DNA of 64,000 nt from Escherichia phage EJP2: the sequence record OQ411014.1; one strand, written 5' to 3'. The notes under the pieces are model-generated. The model was not told the origin of the DNA and did not search any database. It was given only the letters and a program-made list of their open reading frames with translations. Position 1 is the stretch's first letter. Each line of letters opens with the position of its first letter. This document shows positions 35,850 through 43,715 of the stretch, in pieces. Both the position numbers and the translations under genes were made by a program.

Positions 35850-36281
35850 ATGGCAGGAAAAGGATATTGCAGCCTAAAACTTGATAAAGCACAAGCAAAG
35901 GAATTGAAACGGATTTTAAAAATCGGTGGCGTTGAATGCTTAGACCCTTCGGATTTGCATTGTACTTTAATGTACGATGAAAGTAATCCTAACATCAAAA
36001 TGCTCAAGAACACAAAGACTTATAAAGCTAAAGTAACTGGTGTTAGTAAATTGGGTGATGCGATTGTATTGGATTTGGAATCCCCTGGCATCAAGAAACG
36101 TCATCAGGAATTGAAGAATGCTGGTTATAAGCACTCATTCCCTGAATTGAAAATTCATATGAGCATCAACTACGATCCAAAAAGTACTGATAAGGATTTA
36201 CTAGAACTCTTTATCAAATTGAAGGGTATTCCTTCAGTACTGATATTTGGTAATGAAAAATTTGAATCTCTAAAGCCGTAA
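35850..36281 (+). CDS. 2H phosphoesterase, Acb1-like candidate (anti-cyclic-nucleotide signalling)
   Basis: Two H-x-T/S motifs (LHCTLMY at His37, IHMSINY at His103) 66 residues apart in a 143-aa protein, matching the size and spacing of the T4 Acb1 / LigT-type 2H fold. Confidence 0.5.
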   Translation: MAGKGYCSLKLDKAQAKELKRILKIGGVECLDPSDLHCTLMYDESNPNIKMLKNTKTYKAKVTGVSKLGDAIVLDLESPGIKKRHQELKNAGYKHSFPELKIHMSINYDPKSTDKDLLELFIKLKGIPSVLIFGNEKFESLKP

Positions 36282-36291
36282 GGAGTATATA

Positions 36292-37050
36292 ATGGACGTG
36301 AATAAATTTCTTGACAACAAAGGACAAAAGCGTCTGTTAGTACTAACTGGTGCGGGTTTCAGTGCGGAATCTGGAGTTAGTACATTTCGTGATGCAGAAG
36401 ATGCCCTATGGGAAGGTGTGAAGATTAACGATGTATGTAACATTGCGAGCTTAGGCTTTAAGTACGCACAAGTACATGCATTCTACAACACACTAAGAAC
36501 TATCATCAAGGACAAAGAGCCTAACGAAGCACACTATGAAATTAGCGTTATGGAGTCAATGTACGGGGATAACTTCCTACACATGACTGCTAATATCGAT
36601 GATTTATATGAGCGTGCTGGTGGCACTGCTATGCACCTTCATGGCAACATCAAAGAAGTCATTGAGAACTATTCAATGGCACATAACGACTTTACAGTAC
36701 TGGATGTTGGATATGAAGTTTATATTCCAAAGGAAGGTGTATTTGCTAAACCTAATGTAGTATTCATTGGTGAATCAGAGCGTTATGTGAATAACCAGCG
36801 TATTCCGTTGTATGAAGAACGAAATAAAGTACTGGCATCCTTGACAGACTTAGATACCGTTGTTATCATTGGTTCATCGGATACAATCCTGAAGTGGAGT
36901 TCGTTGGTTGGTTTAGGCACACCAGCTTATACCATCAACATCAACACAAGAAAGAATGACACTGACTGGGCGTTCGATAAGAAGATTTACAAGCCAGTAA
37001 CTAAAGCGTTATTGGAATTGAGGGAGTTAGTTCTTACACGGATGGGATAG
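36292..37050 (+). CDS. Sir2-family NAD-dependent protein (deacylase or ADP-ribosyltransferase), no Zn-ribbon cysteines
   Basis: GAGFSAESGVSTFRD, TANIDDLYERAG, HLHGN, KPNVVFIGE, IIGSSD motifs; no Cys pairs between HLHGN and VVFIGE. Confidence 0.8.
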   Translation: MDVNKFLDNKGQKRLLVLTGAGFSAESGVSTFRDAEDALWEGVKINDVCNIASLGFKYAQVHAFYNTLRTIIKDKEPNEAHYEISVMESMYGDNFLHMTANIDDLYERAGGTAMHLHGNIKEVIENYSMAHNDFTVLDVGYEVYIPKEGVFAKPNVVFIGESERYVNNQRIPLYEERNKVLASLTDLDTVVIIGSSDTILKWSSLVGLGTPAYTININTRKNDTDWAFDKKIYKPVTKALLELRELVLTRMG

Positions 37051-37059
37051 GAGTGAGTT

Positions 37060-37614
37060 ATGGATTTTACAGAGATACCATTCGGACAACGCAGTGAAAG
37101 ATTTGACTGTGCGTTCGTTTGGATCTACGCTAAGAATTGCACACCATACAAGGATTATCCATATAATGATATTCCTAACGTATCTTTAGTACTGACAGAG
37201 TTACGCTTTGATGGTCTAATGGGTGCGGTTGGTGGAGCAGTTGAGGATGATGATCCTTCATTGGAAGTGGCAGTGCAACGTGAAGCCTTAGAGGAAATAA
37301 ACTTTTCTCTTGACATTACTAATCTGAAACCGTTATTATCATTACGTTCCCCATACGGAGCACATAACCATAGTTTCTCGTACGAAGTACAGTACGATGA
37401 GCTACTAGAGATTCGGAACAACGCATACAAAGGTGCTCACTTCAGTGCTGAAAATGCGGGTGTAAATCTGATTCACGTATGTCGCTATACGAAGGGAAGA
37501 GGGAACGAATGTGGTTACAATAACATTCTTACACAGAATTTTATTGGCACATCCAAACTGGAACTAGAGCGTTTAGTTCATAATGAAAATTTACTAATAA
37601 ATTACCTTGCATAA
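37060..37614 (+). CDS. Nudix hydrolase
   Basis: Nudix box GGAVEDDDPSLEVAVQREALEEINF. Confidence 0.75.
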   Translation: MDFTEIPFGQRSERFDCAFVWIYAKNCTPYKDYPYNDIPNVSLVLTELRFDGLMGAVGGAVEDDDPSLEVAVQREALEEINFSLDITNLKPLLSLRSPYGAHNHSFSYEVQYDELLEIRNNAYKGAHFSAENAGVNLIHVCRYTKGRGNECGYNNILTQNFIGTSKLELERLVHNENLLINYLA

Positions 37615-37624
37615 AGGATAAAAT

Positions 37625-37957
37625 ATGTATAAGATGTTTATAGACGACCTTCGGGATGCAGAGAAGCATTACCCAAATGAAGGATTCATCGTCACAAGGA
37701 CTTACAATGAAGCTGTACAGTACGTACAAGAACATGGTCTACCTAGTTTTGTTTCATTCGACCATGACTTGGGCGACACTGACAGTACTGATGAGAAGAC
37801 TGGATATTCTTTTGCTAAGTTCCTCATCGAGTACATGATTGATAACGATTTGCGGGAACCGTTTGAGTACTTTATTCACAGTGCTAATCCAGTTGGTGCA
37901 GAGAATATCAAACAGTACTTGCAAAATGGGTTCAACTTTATCCAAGGGCAAGCATGA
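37625..37957 (+). CDS. receiver-like domain protein (cyclic-phosphate-processing receiver type, tentative)
   Basis: MFIDDLRD ... SFDHDLG ... HSANPVG pattern recalled for this phage-associated receiver-fold family. Confidence 0.4.
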   Translation: MYKMFIDDLRDAEKHYPNEGFIVTRTYNEAVQYVQEHGLPSFVSFDHDLGDTDSTDEKTGYSFAKFLIEYMIDNDLREPFEYFIHSANPVGAENIKQYLQNGFNFIQGQA

Positions 37958-38244
37958 AAGTAATAACATTTATTCTGATTTTGATTGTTGTTGTTGGTAT
38001 TCGCCTTAAAATAGCGGAGAACCAATACAACACTGAAAGACTGAATATTACGAAAGAATCTGGAACAGTAGTTGCAACTGGACAATGCAACAAATACACT
38101 TGTGCTTACTCTGTAAAAACCTCTAGTGGTTCTACAGTGAACAGTACTGGTGACACTCCGGTAAGTCTCGGTCAAATCGTATACCGTGAATGCTGGGAAG
38201 AAAGGGTCAGGGGTCCGCGTTGTTACGTAGACTTTAGACCATAA
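37954..38244 (+). CDS. membrane-anchored small protein (96 aa)
   Basis: N-terminal TM helix VITFILILIVVVGI; ATGA overlap. Confidence 0.6.
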   Translation: MKVITFILILIVVVGIRLKIAENQYNTERLNITKESGTVVATGQCNKYTCAYSVKTSSGSTVNSTGDTPVSLGQIVYRECWEERVRGPRCYVDFRP

Positions 38245-38269
38245 AACACTATCATGAAAAGGGAATTTT

Positions 38270-39724
38270 ATGAAAAAATATGCTATTGATACAAACGTAC
38301 TTCTAAGCGATCCAAACGCAGCAACCGCTTTCAAAGGTGCTACAGTGGTTCTACCATTTACAGTACTGGAAGAAATGGACTCCATCAAGAGTCGTGGTGT
38401 TGACGTTAGCCGTGATGCACGTGTAGCAATTCGCAATATCAGTAACATCCTGGAAGACGCGTCTCATGAAGAGATTAGTACTACTGGGGTTGATATGTCC
38501 AAACTACATCCACATTTAGATTCCGACAGTCGTCTAATGATTGTTACATCTGAAGAAGCTGAAGCACTTCTACGTGTTGCAGGTATTGATAAGTCCGATG
38601 CTGAACTTACAAAAGTTGCTACACTAATGAACAGTACTGTACCGGATGACAAGATTATTCTTGTTGCTCTAGCTACAGAATCAGTACTGGTTACTCGTGA
38701 TATCAACATGCGTATCAAAGCTATGGCTTATGGTGTTGAAGTTCAGGACTATCGTAGTGATGTTACTATTTCCGATTCTGACCTACTACATATTGGGAAC
38801 CACAAACTAGAGTTTTCGTTCTGGGATACCATTGCGGATCGTGGTTTAGAAGTTTTCAGTACTAAAGAAGGTCGTAACACTTATCAACTAATTGCTAAAG
38901 ATGCAATTCAGGATCTACTACCAGAAAATCTATGCGTTGGTGACTATCTATATGATGACACTGATTTGCTAATGGTATATGATGGAGAAGGTGATCGTGA
39001 GTTCTCTGATGGTGAAGTTGATGACACAGTGTACTCCGTGTTCATTGATGTTGGTCAACACAGTGCAATGCGTACTAAGATTTGGGATATCAAAGCTAAG
39101 AACGTGAAACAAGCAATGGCAATCAACAGTATTCTTGACCCTAATGTTCACTTGACAGTACTGTTAGGTTCTGCGGGTACAGGTAAGACTTTGATTACTC
39201 TAGCATGTGCACTAGAACTAACATTAGAGAAGCGTCAGTACGATAAAGTTATTTTCTCTAAAACCCAAGACTCACAGTTTGATGAAATTGGTTTCTTACC
39301 AGGAACCGAAATGGAAAAAATGCTTCCGAATTGTGGACCTGCACTGGATGCATTGGAATTCCTTCACAAAGATGATGCTAACCCTCAAGGTTCAATTGAA
39401 GAAATCATCAAACGTAATGTTGTACAATTCAAAGCACTGAACTTTATTCGTGGACGTTCGTTTACCAATACAATTCTAGTTGTTGATGAATTCCAAAACA
39501 TTACTCCGGCTCAAGCTAAAACTATCTTGACACGGGCAGGAATGAACTGTAAAGTTATCATCATGGGTAACTTAGCACAGATTGATAGTAAGTTTATCAG
39601 TTCTGTAAACAGCGGTTTGACCTATGTAGTTGAGAAGTTCAAAGATTGGGAAGGTTGTCGTATCATCGAACTCGAAGGTGTTGTACGTTCTGCACTAGCT
39701 GAATTCGCTGAAGAAAATATGTAA
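38270..39724 (+). CDS. phoH: PIN-domain / PhoH-like ATPase fusion (PhoH2/YlaK type)
   Basis: N-terminal YAIDTNVLLSDP (PIN); Walker A GSAGTGKT; VVDEFQN; RGRSF. Confidence 0.85.
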   Translation: MKKYAIDTNVLLSDPNAATAFKGATVVLPFTVLEEMDSIKSRGVDVSRDARVAIRNISNILEDASHEEISTTGVDMSKLHPHLDSDSRLMIVTSEEAEALLRVAGIDKSDAELTKVATLMNSTVPDDKIILVALATESVLVTRDINMRIKAMAYGVEVQDYRSDVTISDSDLLHIGNHKLEFSFWDTIADRGLEVFSTKEGRNTYQLIAKDAIQDLLPENLCVGDYLYDDTDLLMVYDGEGDREFSDGEVDDTVYSVFIDVGQHSAMRTKIWDIKAKNVKQAMAINSILDPNVHLTVLLGSAGTGKTLITLACALELTLEKRQYDKVIFSKTQDSQFDEIGFLPGTEMEKMLPNCGPALDALEFLHKDDANPQGSIEEIIKRNVVQFKALNFIRGRSFTNTILVVDEFQNITPAQAKTILTRAGMNCKVIIMGNLAQIDSKFISSVNSGLTYVVEKFKDWEGCRIIELEGVVRSALAEFAEENM

Positions 39725-39731
39725 TATATTG

Positions 39732-39759
39732 GGGGAGTTTCAATACTCCCCATTCATTT
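39732..39759 (+). terminator. candidate terminator
   Basis: GGGGAGT-ttcaat-ACTCCCC followed by ATTCATTT (weak U tract). Confidence 0.5.
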
Positions 39760-39967
39760 GGACAGTACTATGAGTTTAGATTTGAACTTAGTTCGACACG
39801 CACTGTCACGGTTTGATTGGGCTGATACATTATTTTCGTTAGCTGAACAATCATTATCAACGGTTCCGGCTGATAACACTGACAGGCTTAAGCGTTTGTC
39901 GTTGTTATACAAAACACAAGCCTTAGTGAATCATGACAGAATTTTGAATAGAAGAAAAATGTTATAA
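39758..39967 (+). CDS. hypothetical protein (about 65-69 aa)
   Basis: ORF track; start may be ATG 39770. Confidence 0.45.
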   Translation: MDSTMSLDLNLVRHALSRFDWADTLFSLAEQSLSTVPADNTDRLKRLSLLYKTQALVNHDRILNRRKML

Positions 39968-39971
39968 ATTA

Positions 39972-40001
39972 TTGAGACAAAACTCAATACTATGATATAA
40001 T
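39972..40001 (+). promoter_or_regulatory. sigma70-type early promoter
   Basis: TTGAGA (39972-39977), 18-nt spacer, TGaTATAAT (39996-40001). Confidence 0.7.
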
Positions 40002-40031
40002 AGATACATCAACAACAAAGAGGAAATAAAC

Positions 40032-40280
40032 ATGGAACAGAATAAAAAAGAAGCTCAAAACTCCCGTCGCGTAGCAATGGATAAACTATCCGCTCTAACA
40101 GAACTCAAGAAACTACGTCGTGACGGTATCCTAACTCGTCAACAGTTCCGTCGTGAAGTATGGGACAAAGGTCTACAAACTGGCGTGAAAGGTGTTCCAG
40201 AAATCACTGCTTTCGAAGTTGTGAAAGTAGATGGTAAGAAAGCACTAACCGTTCAAGTTCGTCCTTGGGGTCGTATCTGA
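40032..40280 (+). CDS. small basic protein with SHOCT-like motif (82 aa)
   Basis: LTELKKLRRDGILTRQQFRREV matches the SHOCT pattern (L..L..L...G.iT.eEF); monocistronic between a strong promoter and a terminator. Confidence 0.7.
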   Translation: MEQNKKEAQNSRRVAMDKLSALTELKKLRRDGILTRQQFRREVWDKGLQTGVKGVPEITAFEVVKVDGKKALTVQVRPWGRI

Positions 40281-40369
40281 AACGGGCATATTCTAAACAA
40301 TTTTGATAAATAACATTACAAGAATAATAATAAAGTTATTTAACTCCATGTTGTTTAGTTATACTTTCC

Positions 40370-40396
40370 AGCCCACTAATTTAGTGGGCTTTTTTT
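40370..40396 (+). terminator. intrinsic terminator
   Basis: AGCCCACTA-att-TAGTGGGCT followed by a T7 run. Confidence 0.8.
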
Positions 40397-40409
40397 ATGT
40401 GGTGACTAT

Positions 40410-41108
40410 ATGAATTTCGAACAGACAGTACTGAAAGCTGTTAGAGAACACGTAATATACTTCAGTGGTTACAGTACTTTTAGGGGGTATTACATCGTTG
40501 GTTCATTCATGCAATGTAAACGTTGTATCTTCATGGAACCTAAAGATATAGATGTAATTATTGTAACCAATGAGAAAGAAGAAATAGGTGAAAAGGAATA
40601 TAGTTTCTTCATTGAAGAAGCTGATAACATTGAAGTTAATGTTACAGTACTGACACCTGTTGAAAACCTAAATTCTATAATCAGACTCGAACCAAAGTAC
40701 TTTGATTCATTCTGTTCATCTAAGTCTCTTGAATGGGACATTGATGGTATTCGTAATATTTCTAATTCTGAAATCAGGTCTAAGGTCATGAAGTTCTCTG
40801 ACTTAGCTTTCAACAAAGGCAAAAAGAAACTCACCATAGAAAAAGATTACGATGAAGAATTAGGACTCAAGAATATTTGTCATGCTTATCGTTTTCTGAT
40901 TGATGCTATCCGGTTCTATTACCCATCTACACCTATGTTAGAGAAAGAGATGATGGACTTAGGTTATAGCAAGTACCGCAATCGGGTTTATAAAATTTAC
41001 AAAAATACGCAAGGTACACTTGACGATAAGTACCAAGCTATGGTAAAGTACGCTAAACCTGAATACAACAGGATGTGTTCAGAGTTTAGGAAATTGTTCC
41101 CTCGATAA
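40410..41108 (+). CDS. putative Pol-beta-superfamily nucleotidyltransferase
   Basis: GS...(x)...PKDIDVIIV resembles the GS/DxD minimal nucleotidyltransferase core; weak. Confidence 0.4.
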   Translation: MNFEQTVLKAVREHVIYFSGYSTFRGYYIVGSFMQCKRCIFMEPKDIDVIIVTNEKEEIGEKEYSFFIEEADNIEVNVTVLTPVENLNSIIRLEPKYFDSFCSSKSLEWDIDGIRNISNSEIRSKVMKFSDLAFNKGKKKLTIEKDYDEELGLKNICHAYRFLIDAIRFYYPSTPMLEKEMMDLGYSKYRNRVYKIYKNTQGTLDDKYQAMVKYAKPEYNRMCSEFRKLFPR

Positions 41109-41119
41109 AAGGAGTTTAT

Positions 41120-41410
41120 ATGCAATACAGACCACTATACGACCATGTTCTTGCTAAACAGATTGTTCATGAAGCTAAGAGTTCTTTTGGTATCATCCTG
41201 AACAGTACTGGTGTAGAAGAGACAACTACTGCTACTGTTGTTGCAGTTGGTACTGGGTCGAAGAATAGCCTAGGGAAAGTTATTCCAGTTGGTGTAAACG
41301 TAGGTGATGTGGTATCATTCAGTCCTGATGCTGCTGTTCATCGTGTTACACTAGATGGTACTGAATATCTTGTTATGCGTAAAGATTGCATCTTAGGCGT
41401 ACAGGAATAA
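41120..41410 (+). CDS. groES: co-chaperonin GroES
   Basis: 96 aa; RPLYDHVL..., mobile-loop region, ATVVAVGTG, VGDVVSF, EYLVMRKDCILGV; canonical Cpn10 layout. Confidence 0.85.
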   Translation: MQYRPLYDHVLAKQIVHEAKSSFGIILNSTGVEETTTATVVAVGTGSKNSLGKVIPVGVNVGDVVSFSPDAAVHRVTLDGTEYLVMRKDCILGVQE

Positions 41411-41415
41411 CATAA

Positions 41416-41442
41416 AGGGAGCCATTATGGTTCCCTATTTTT
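41416..41442 (+). terminator. intrinsic terminator
   Basis: AGGGAGCC-attat-GGTTCCCT followed by ATTTTT. Confidence 0.6.
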
Positions 41443-41456
41443 ATGAGGTCAATATA

Positions 41457-41798
41457 ATGAACGTGAATACCAGTACTGAACGATTGAAAATTTACGAAAC
41501 ACTAGAACGATATCTTGATATTGATGAAGTTAGTCCACAATATATTATTGACATTTTACAAAAACACGTCGATAATAATCCAGGAAAATGCCTTGTATGT
41601 TATTGCAACGAAGATATGTTAGAAATAACTGCTTCACACTTGGAAACTGATGAAGAATATAACGCCAGACAAAACTTTATCCAACAGCAGCAAGAACGAA
41701 AAGAAACTGAAAAACACATGAAAGCACTGATGAAGAAGTCATCACTCAGTACTGAAGAAAAAGCACTCCTAATCAAATACATTGAGGAAAACAAATGA
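41457..41798 (+). CDS. hypothetical protein (113 aa)
   Basis: Start moved to ATG 41457 (GAGG RBS); the track start 41427 lies inside the terminator hairpin. Confidence 0.6.
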   Translation: MNVNTSTERLKIYETLERYLDIDEVSPQYIIDILQKHVDNNPGKCLVCYCNEDMLEITASHLETDEEYNARQNFIQQQQERKETEKHMKALMKKSSLSTEEKALLIKYIEENK

Positions 41799-42568
41799 AT
41801 CGTGAAAAGATGCTTTATCATGCAAAAGAAAAGGGTTGTTTGAATTTTGATATCTACACAATGAAACGTGAAACACGTGATAACCTGGACTTCCTTTTGG
41901 ATGGTGACTTTTTAGATTTCAAAACAGACAGTGCATTCGGTAATGATCGCAACAGTAAATGGCAGGAATACGTAATCACCAATAGGGGTATTGCATTACT
42001 GGGAGTGTATCGTCTTGAGTATGCACATCTCAATGAACGTGATACTGAAAAACATATCGGTCGCATCGAACAACTTCGTGAATTACTTGATGTTGTTGAT
42101 GTAAAGCTAACTGATATTGAATATGCATTTACGAATAACCAACGTAAATCAGTGAACTACATGAACACCAACTATCCTACTGGTGCAAGTACATTAGTTC
42201 ACAAGATAAAAGAACAAGAAAAAAGTGTTGACACAACTCCCAATGATGAGCTATCATTACTCTCGTTGTTTGAGTTCAGTACTGAATTAGGTAAAAAAGG
42301 TTCCAGTACTAAACGCTCTGACGATTATGTCCTGAAGAAGTGTATGGAAGAACTTGGTGAGTTAGCTCTTGAAGTTACTATCAGTCAAGGTGAATCCTAC
42401 AAAGAACCAGGCAAAGATGGTGTCAAAGGTGAAGCAGTAGATTTAGCGATTTGTGCACTTGACATGTTCGCATTACAATGTAATAATATGAGTCCAGACG
42501 AGATAGAACGTGAGTTCTTGACTTATATGACAACTAAAGTGAATAAGTGGAGAAATACTCTAAAATGA
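41795..42568 (+). CDS. protein with C-terminal MazG-like NTP pyrophosphohydrolase domain
   Basis: KCMEELGELALEV ... GEAVDLAICALDMF, the EExxE/D pattern of MazG-type all-alpha NTP-PPases. Confidence 0.6.
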   Translation: MNREKMLYHAKEKGCLNFDIYTMKRETRDNLDFLLDGDFLDFKTDSAFGNDRNSKWQEYVITNRGIALLGVYRLEYAHLNERDTEKHIGRIEQLRELLDVVDVKLTDIEYAFTNNQRKSVNYMNTNYPTGASTLVHKIKEQEKSVDTTPNDELSLLSLFEFSTELGKKGSSTKRSDDYVLKKCMEELGELALEVTISQGESYKEPGKDGVKGEAVDLAICALDMFALQCNNMSPDEIEREFLTYMTTKVNKWRNTLK

Positions 42569-42843
42569 GTAACACTAACAGTACTATCAAAGTTGAATGG
42601 TATGATAAAGTTACTGAAGTTCGTGCTCAGTGGGAGAATAATCATTTTATCTCTGACGGCGGGTTAGCTGGGCGAATCTACTTCAGTGATGAGTTCAATC
42701 AAGAATGGAGTGCTGGTGAACCTAAGTATTCAGTACTCCACGATGATGGACAATCTTCAGTAGTAGAGTTCGATGAAGAATGTGAGGAATTTGTTTCTGT
42801 TCAATCACATTTACCAATTATCTATTACAACAAAGAGAAATAA
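42565..42843 (+). CDS. hypothetical protein (92 aa)
   Basis: ATGA overlap start at 42565 (GGAGA RBS). Confidence 0.6.
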   Translation: MSNTNSTIKVEWYDKVTEVRAQWENNHFISDGGLAGRIYFSDEFNQEWSAGEPKYSVLHDDGQSSVVEFDEECEEFVSVQSHLPIIYYNKEK

Positions 42844-43037
42844 TGAAAAAAGTTCTTGCAGTACTGCTATCTACTATGATAGTATCTTGTTCTGCTCCTG
42901 ATGTTAAACCTGGTGAAGCATACCAGGTTTATCCTGGACTGGTACAATTACAAATGCAGGGTGCAACGTACTCTTGTCATGAAATTCACGAAGATAATAC
43001 TCTATCTTTAATGTGTCGCAAAAACCGAATGAGGTAA
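42843..43037 (+). CDS. small lipoprotein (64 aa)
   Basis: MKKVLAVLLSTMIVSC, a signal peptide with a lipobox Cys. Confidence 0.65.
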   Translation: MKKVLAVLLSTMIVSCSAPDVKPGEAYQVYPGLVQLQMQGATYSCHEIHEDNTLSLMCRKNRMR

Positions 43038-43043
43038 TATAAC

Positions 43044-43376
43044 ATGAAAACTTCCGTACTAATTGCAGTTGATACCAGTGGTGAATACAACAACGAACAC
43101 ACCAAGAGTCGAGTACTGGACATTCTTCGTAACCTGTGTCCTCGTTCTAATGTTGATTTGATTACTTTCGATGCTGATGGTATTCTGCAATGGGATATTC
43201 CGGTGTTCCTTGAAAATAACATCGTCGGTTACGAAACCAAATCCGATTTCATGAGCATCCTTGAATATATGGATGAAACTGATTATGACCGTCAATTCAT
43301 TTTAGTTGAAAATTTTGATGGACTTCAAGACACAATTGATGTATATTCTCTGAAAACACACGGCTTTGTAGCCTAA
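43044..43376 (+). CDS. hypothetical protein (110 aa), possible minimal vWA-like start
   Basis: VLIAVDTSGE resembles a MIDAS DxSxS start; weak. Confidence 0.55.
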   Translation: MKTSVLIAVDTSGEYNNEHTKSRVLDILRNLCPRSNVDLITFDADGILQWDIPVFLENNIVGYETKSDFMSILEYMDETDYDRQFILVENFDGLQDTIDVYSLKTHGFVA

Positions 43377-43420
43377 AAAATAAACAACTTAGTAAATAAT
43401 TTCATATAGGAAAACAATAA

Positions 43421-43594
43421 ATGAGCAATACAAATAAACCCCTACTGTGTGGTCACTGTTCCAAAACACTGGGTGAACATAATTCCGTTGACGCAGGGTG
43501 TCCAATTCAAGTAGGGAAACTGGTCGTGGCTTTCAGTAAATCAAAGAAATTCACTGAACATGCTCCTATTGCTAAAATGGAATTCTTTTACTAA
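43421..43594 (+). CDS. small Cys-containing protein, 57 aa (below ORF-track cutoff)
   Basis: MSNTNKPLLCGHCSKTLGEHNSVDAGCPIQVGK...; AGGA RBS; fills the gap. Confidence 0.45.
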   Translation: MSNTNKPLLCGHCSKTLGEHNSVDAGCPIQVGKLVVAFSKSKKFTEHAPIAKMEFFY

Positions 43595-43603
43595 CTAACA
43601 AAT

Positions 43604-43715
43604 GAAGTACTATAAGCCGTGCCGCTGGGTAATATCAGCATAAGACCGTACGCGACAGAAGCTAATACAGAGAGTCCCTACTCGGTATACCATCCTCTCT
43701 GGGCGATAGTACTTC
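43604..43715 (+). promoter_or_regulatory. structured leader / candidate cis-regulatory RNA
   Basis: 10-bp perfect closing helix GAAGTACTAT (43604-43613) / ATAGTACTTC (43706-43715) enclosing GCTG/CAGC and AGAGAG/CTCTCT helices; GC-richer than the flanks; ends 13 nt before the AAGGAG RBS of 43742. Confidence 0.45.

Noticed and set aside
43621-43705. ZTP (pfl) riboswitch-like strings CCGCTGGGT and CTCTGGGCG
   Set aside because: The order and context do not match the pfl architecture (the GGGUCGUGACUGGCG 5' subdomain is missing). This is only a short-string resemblance.
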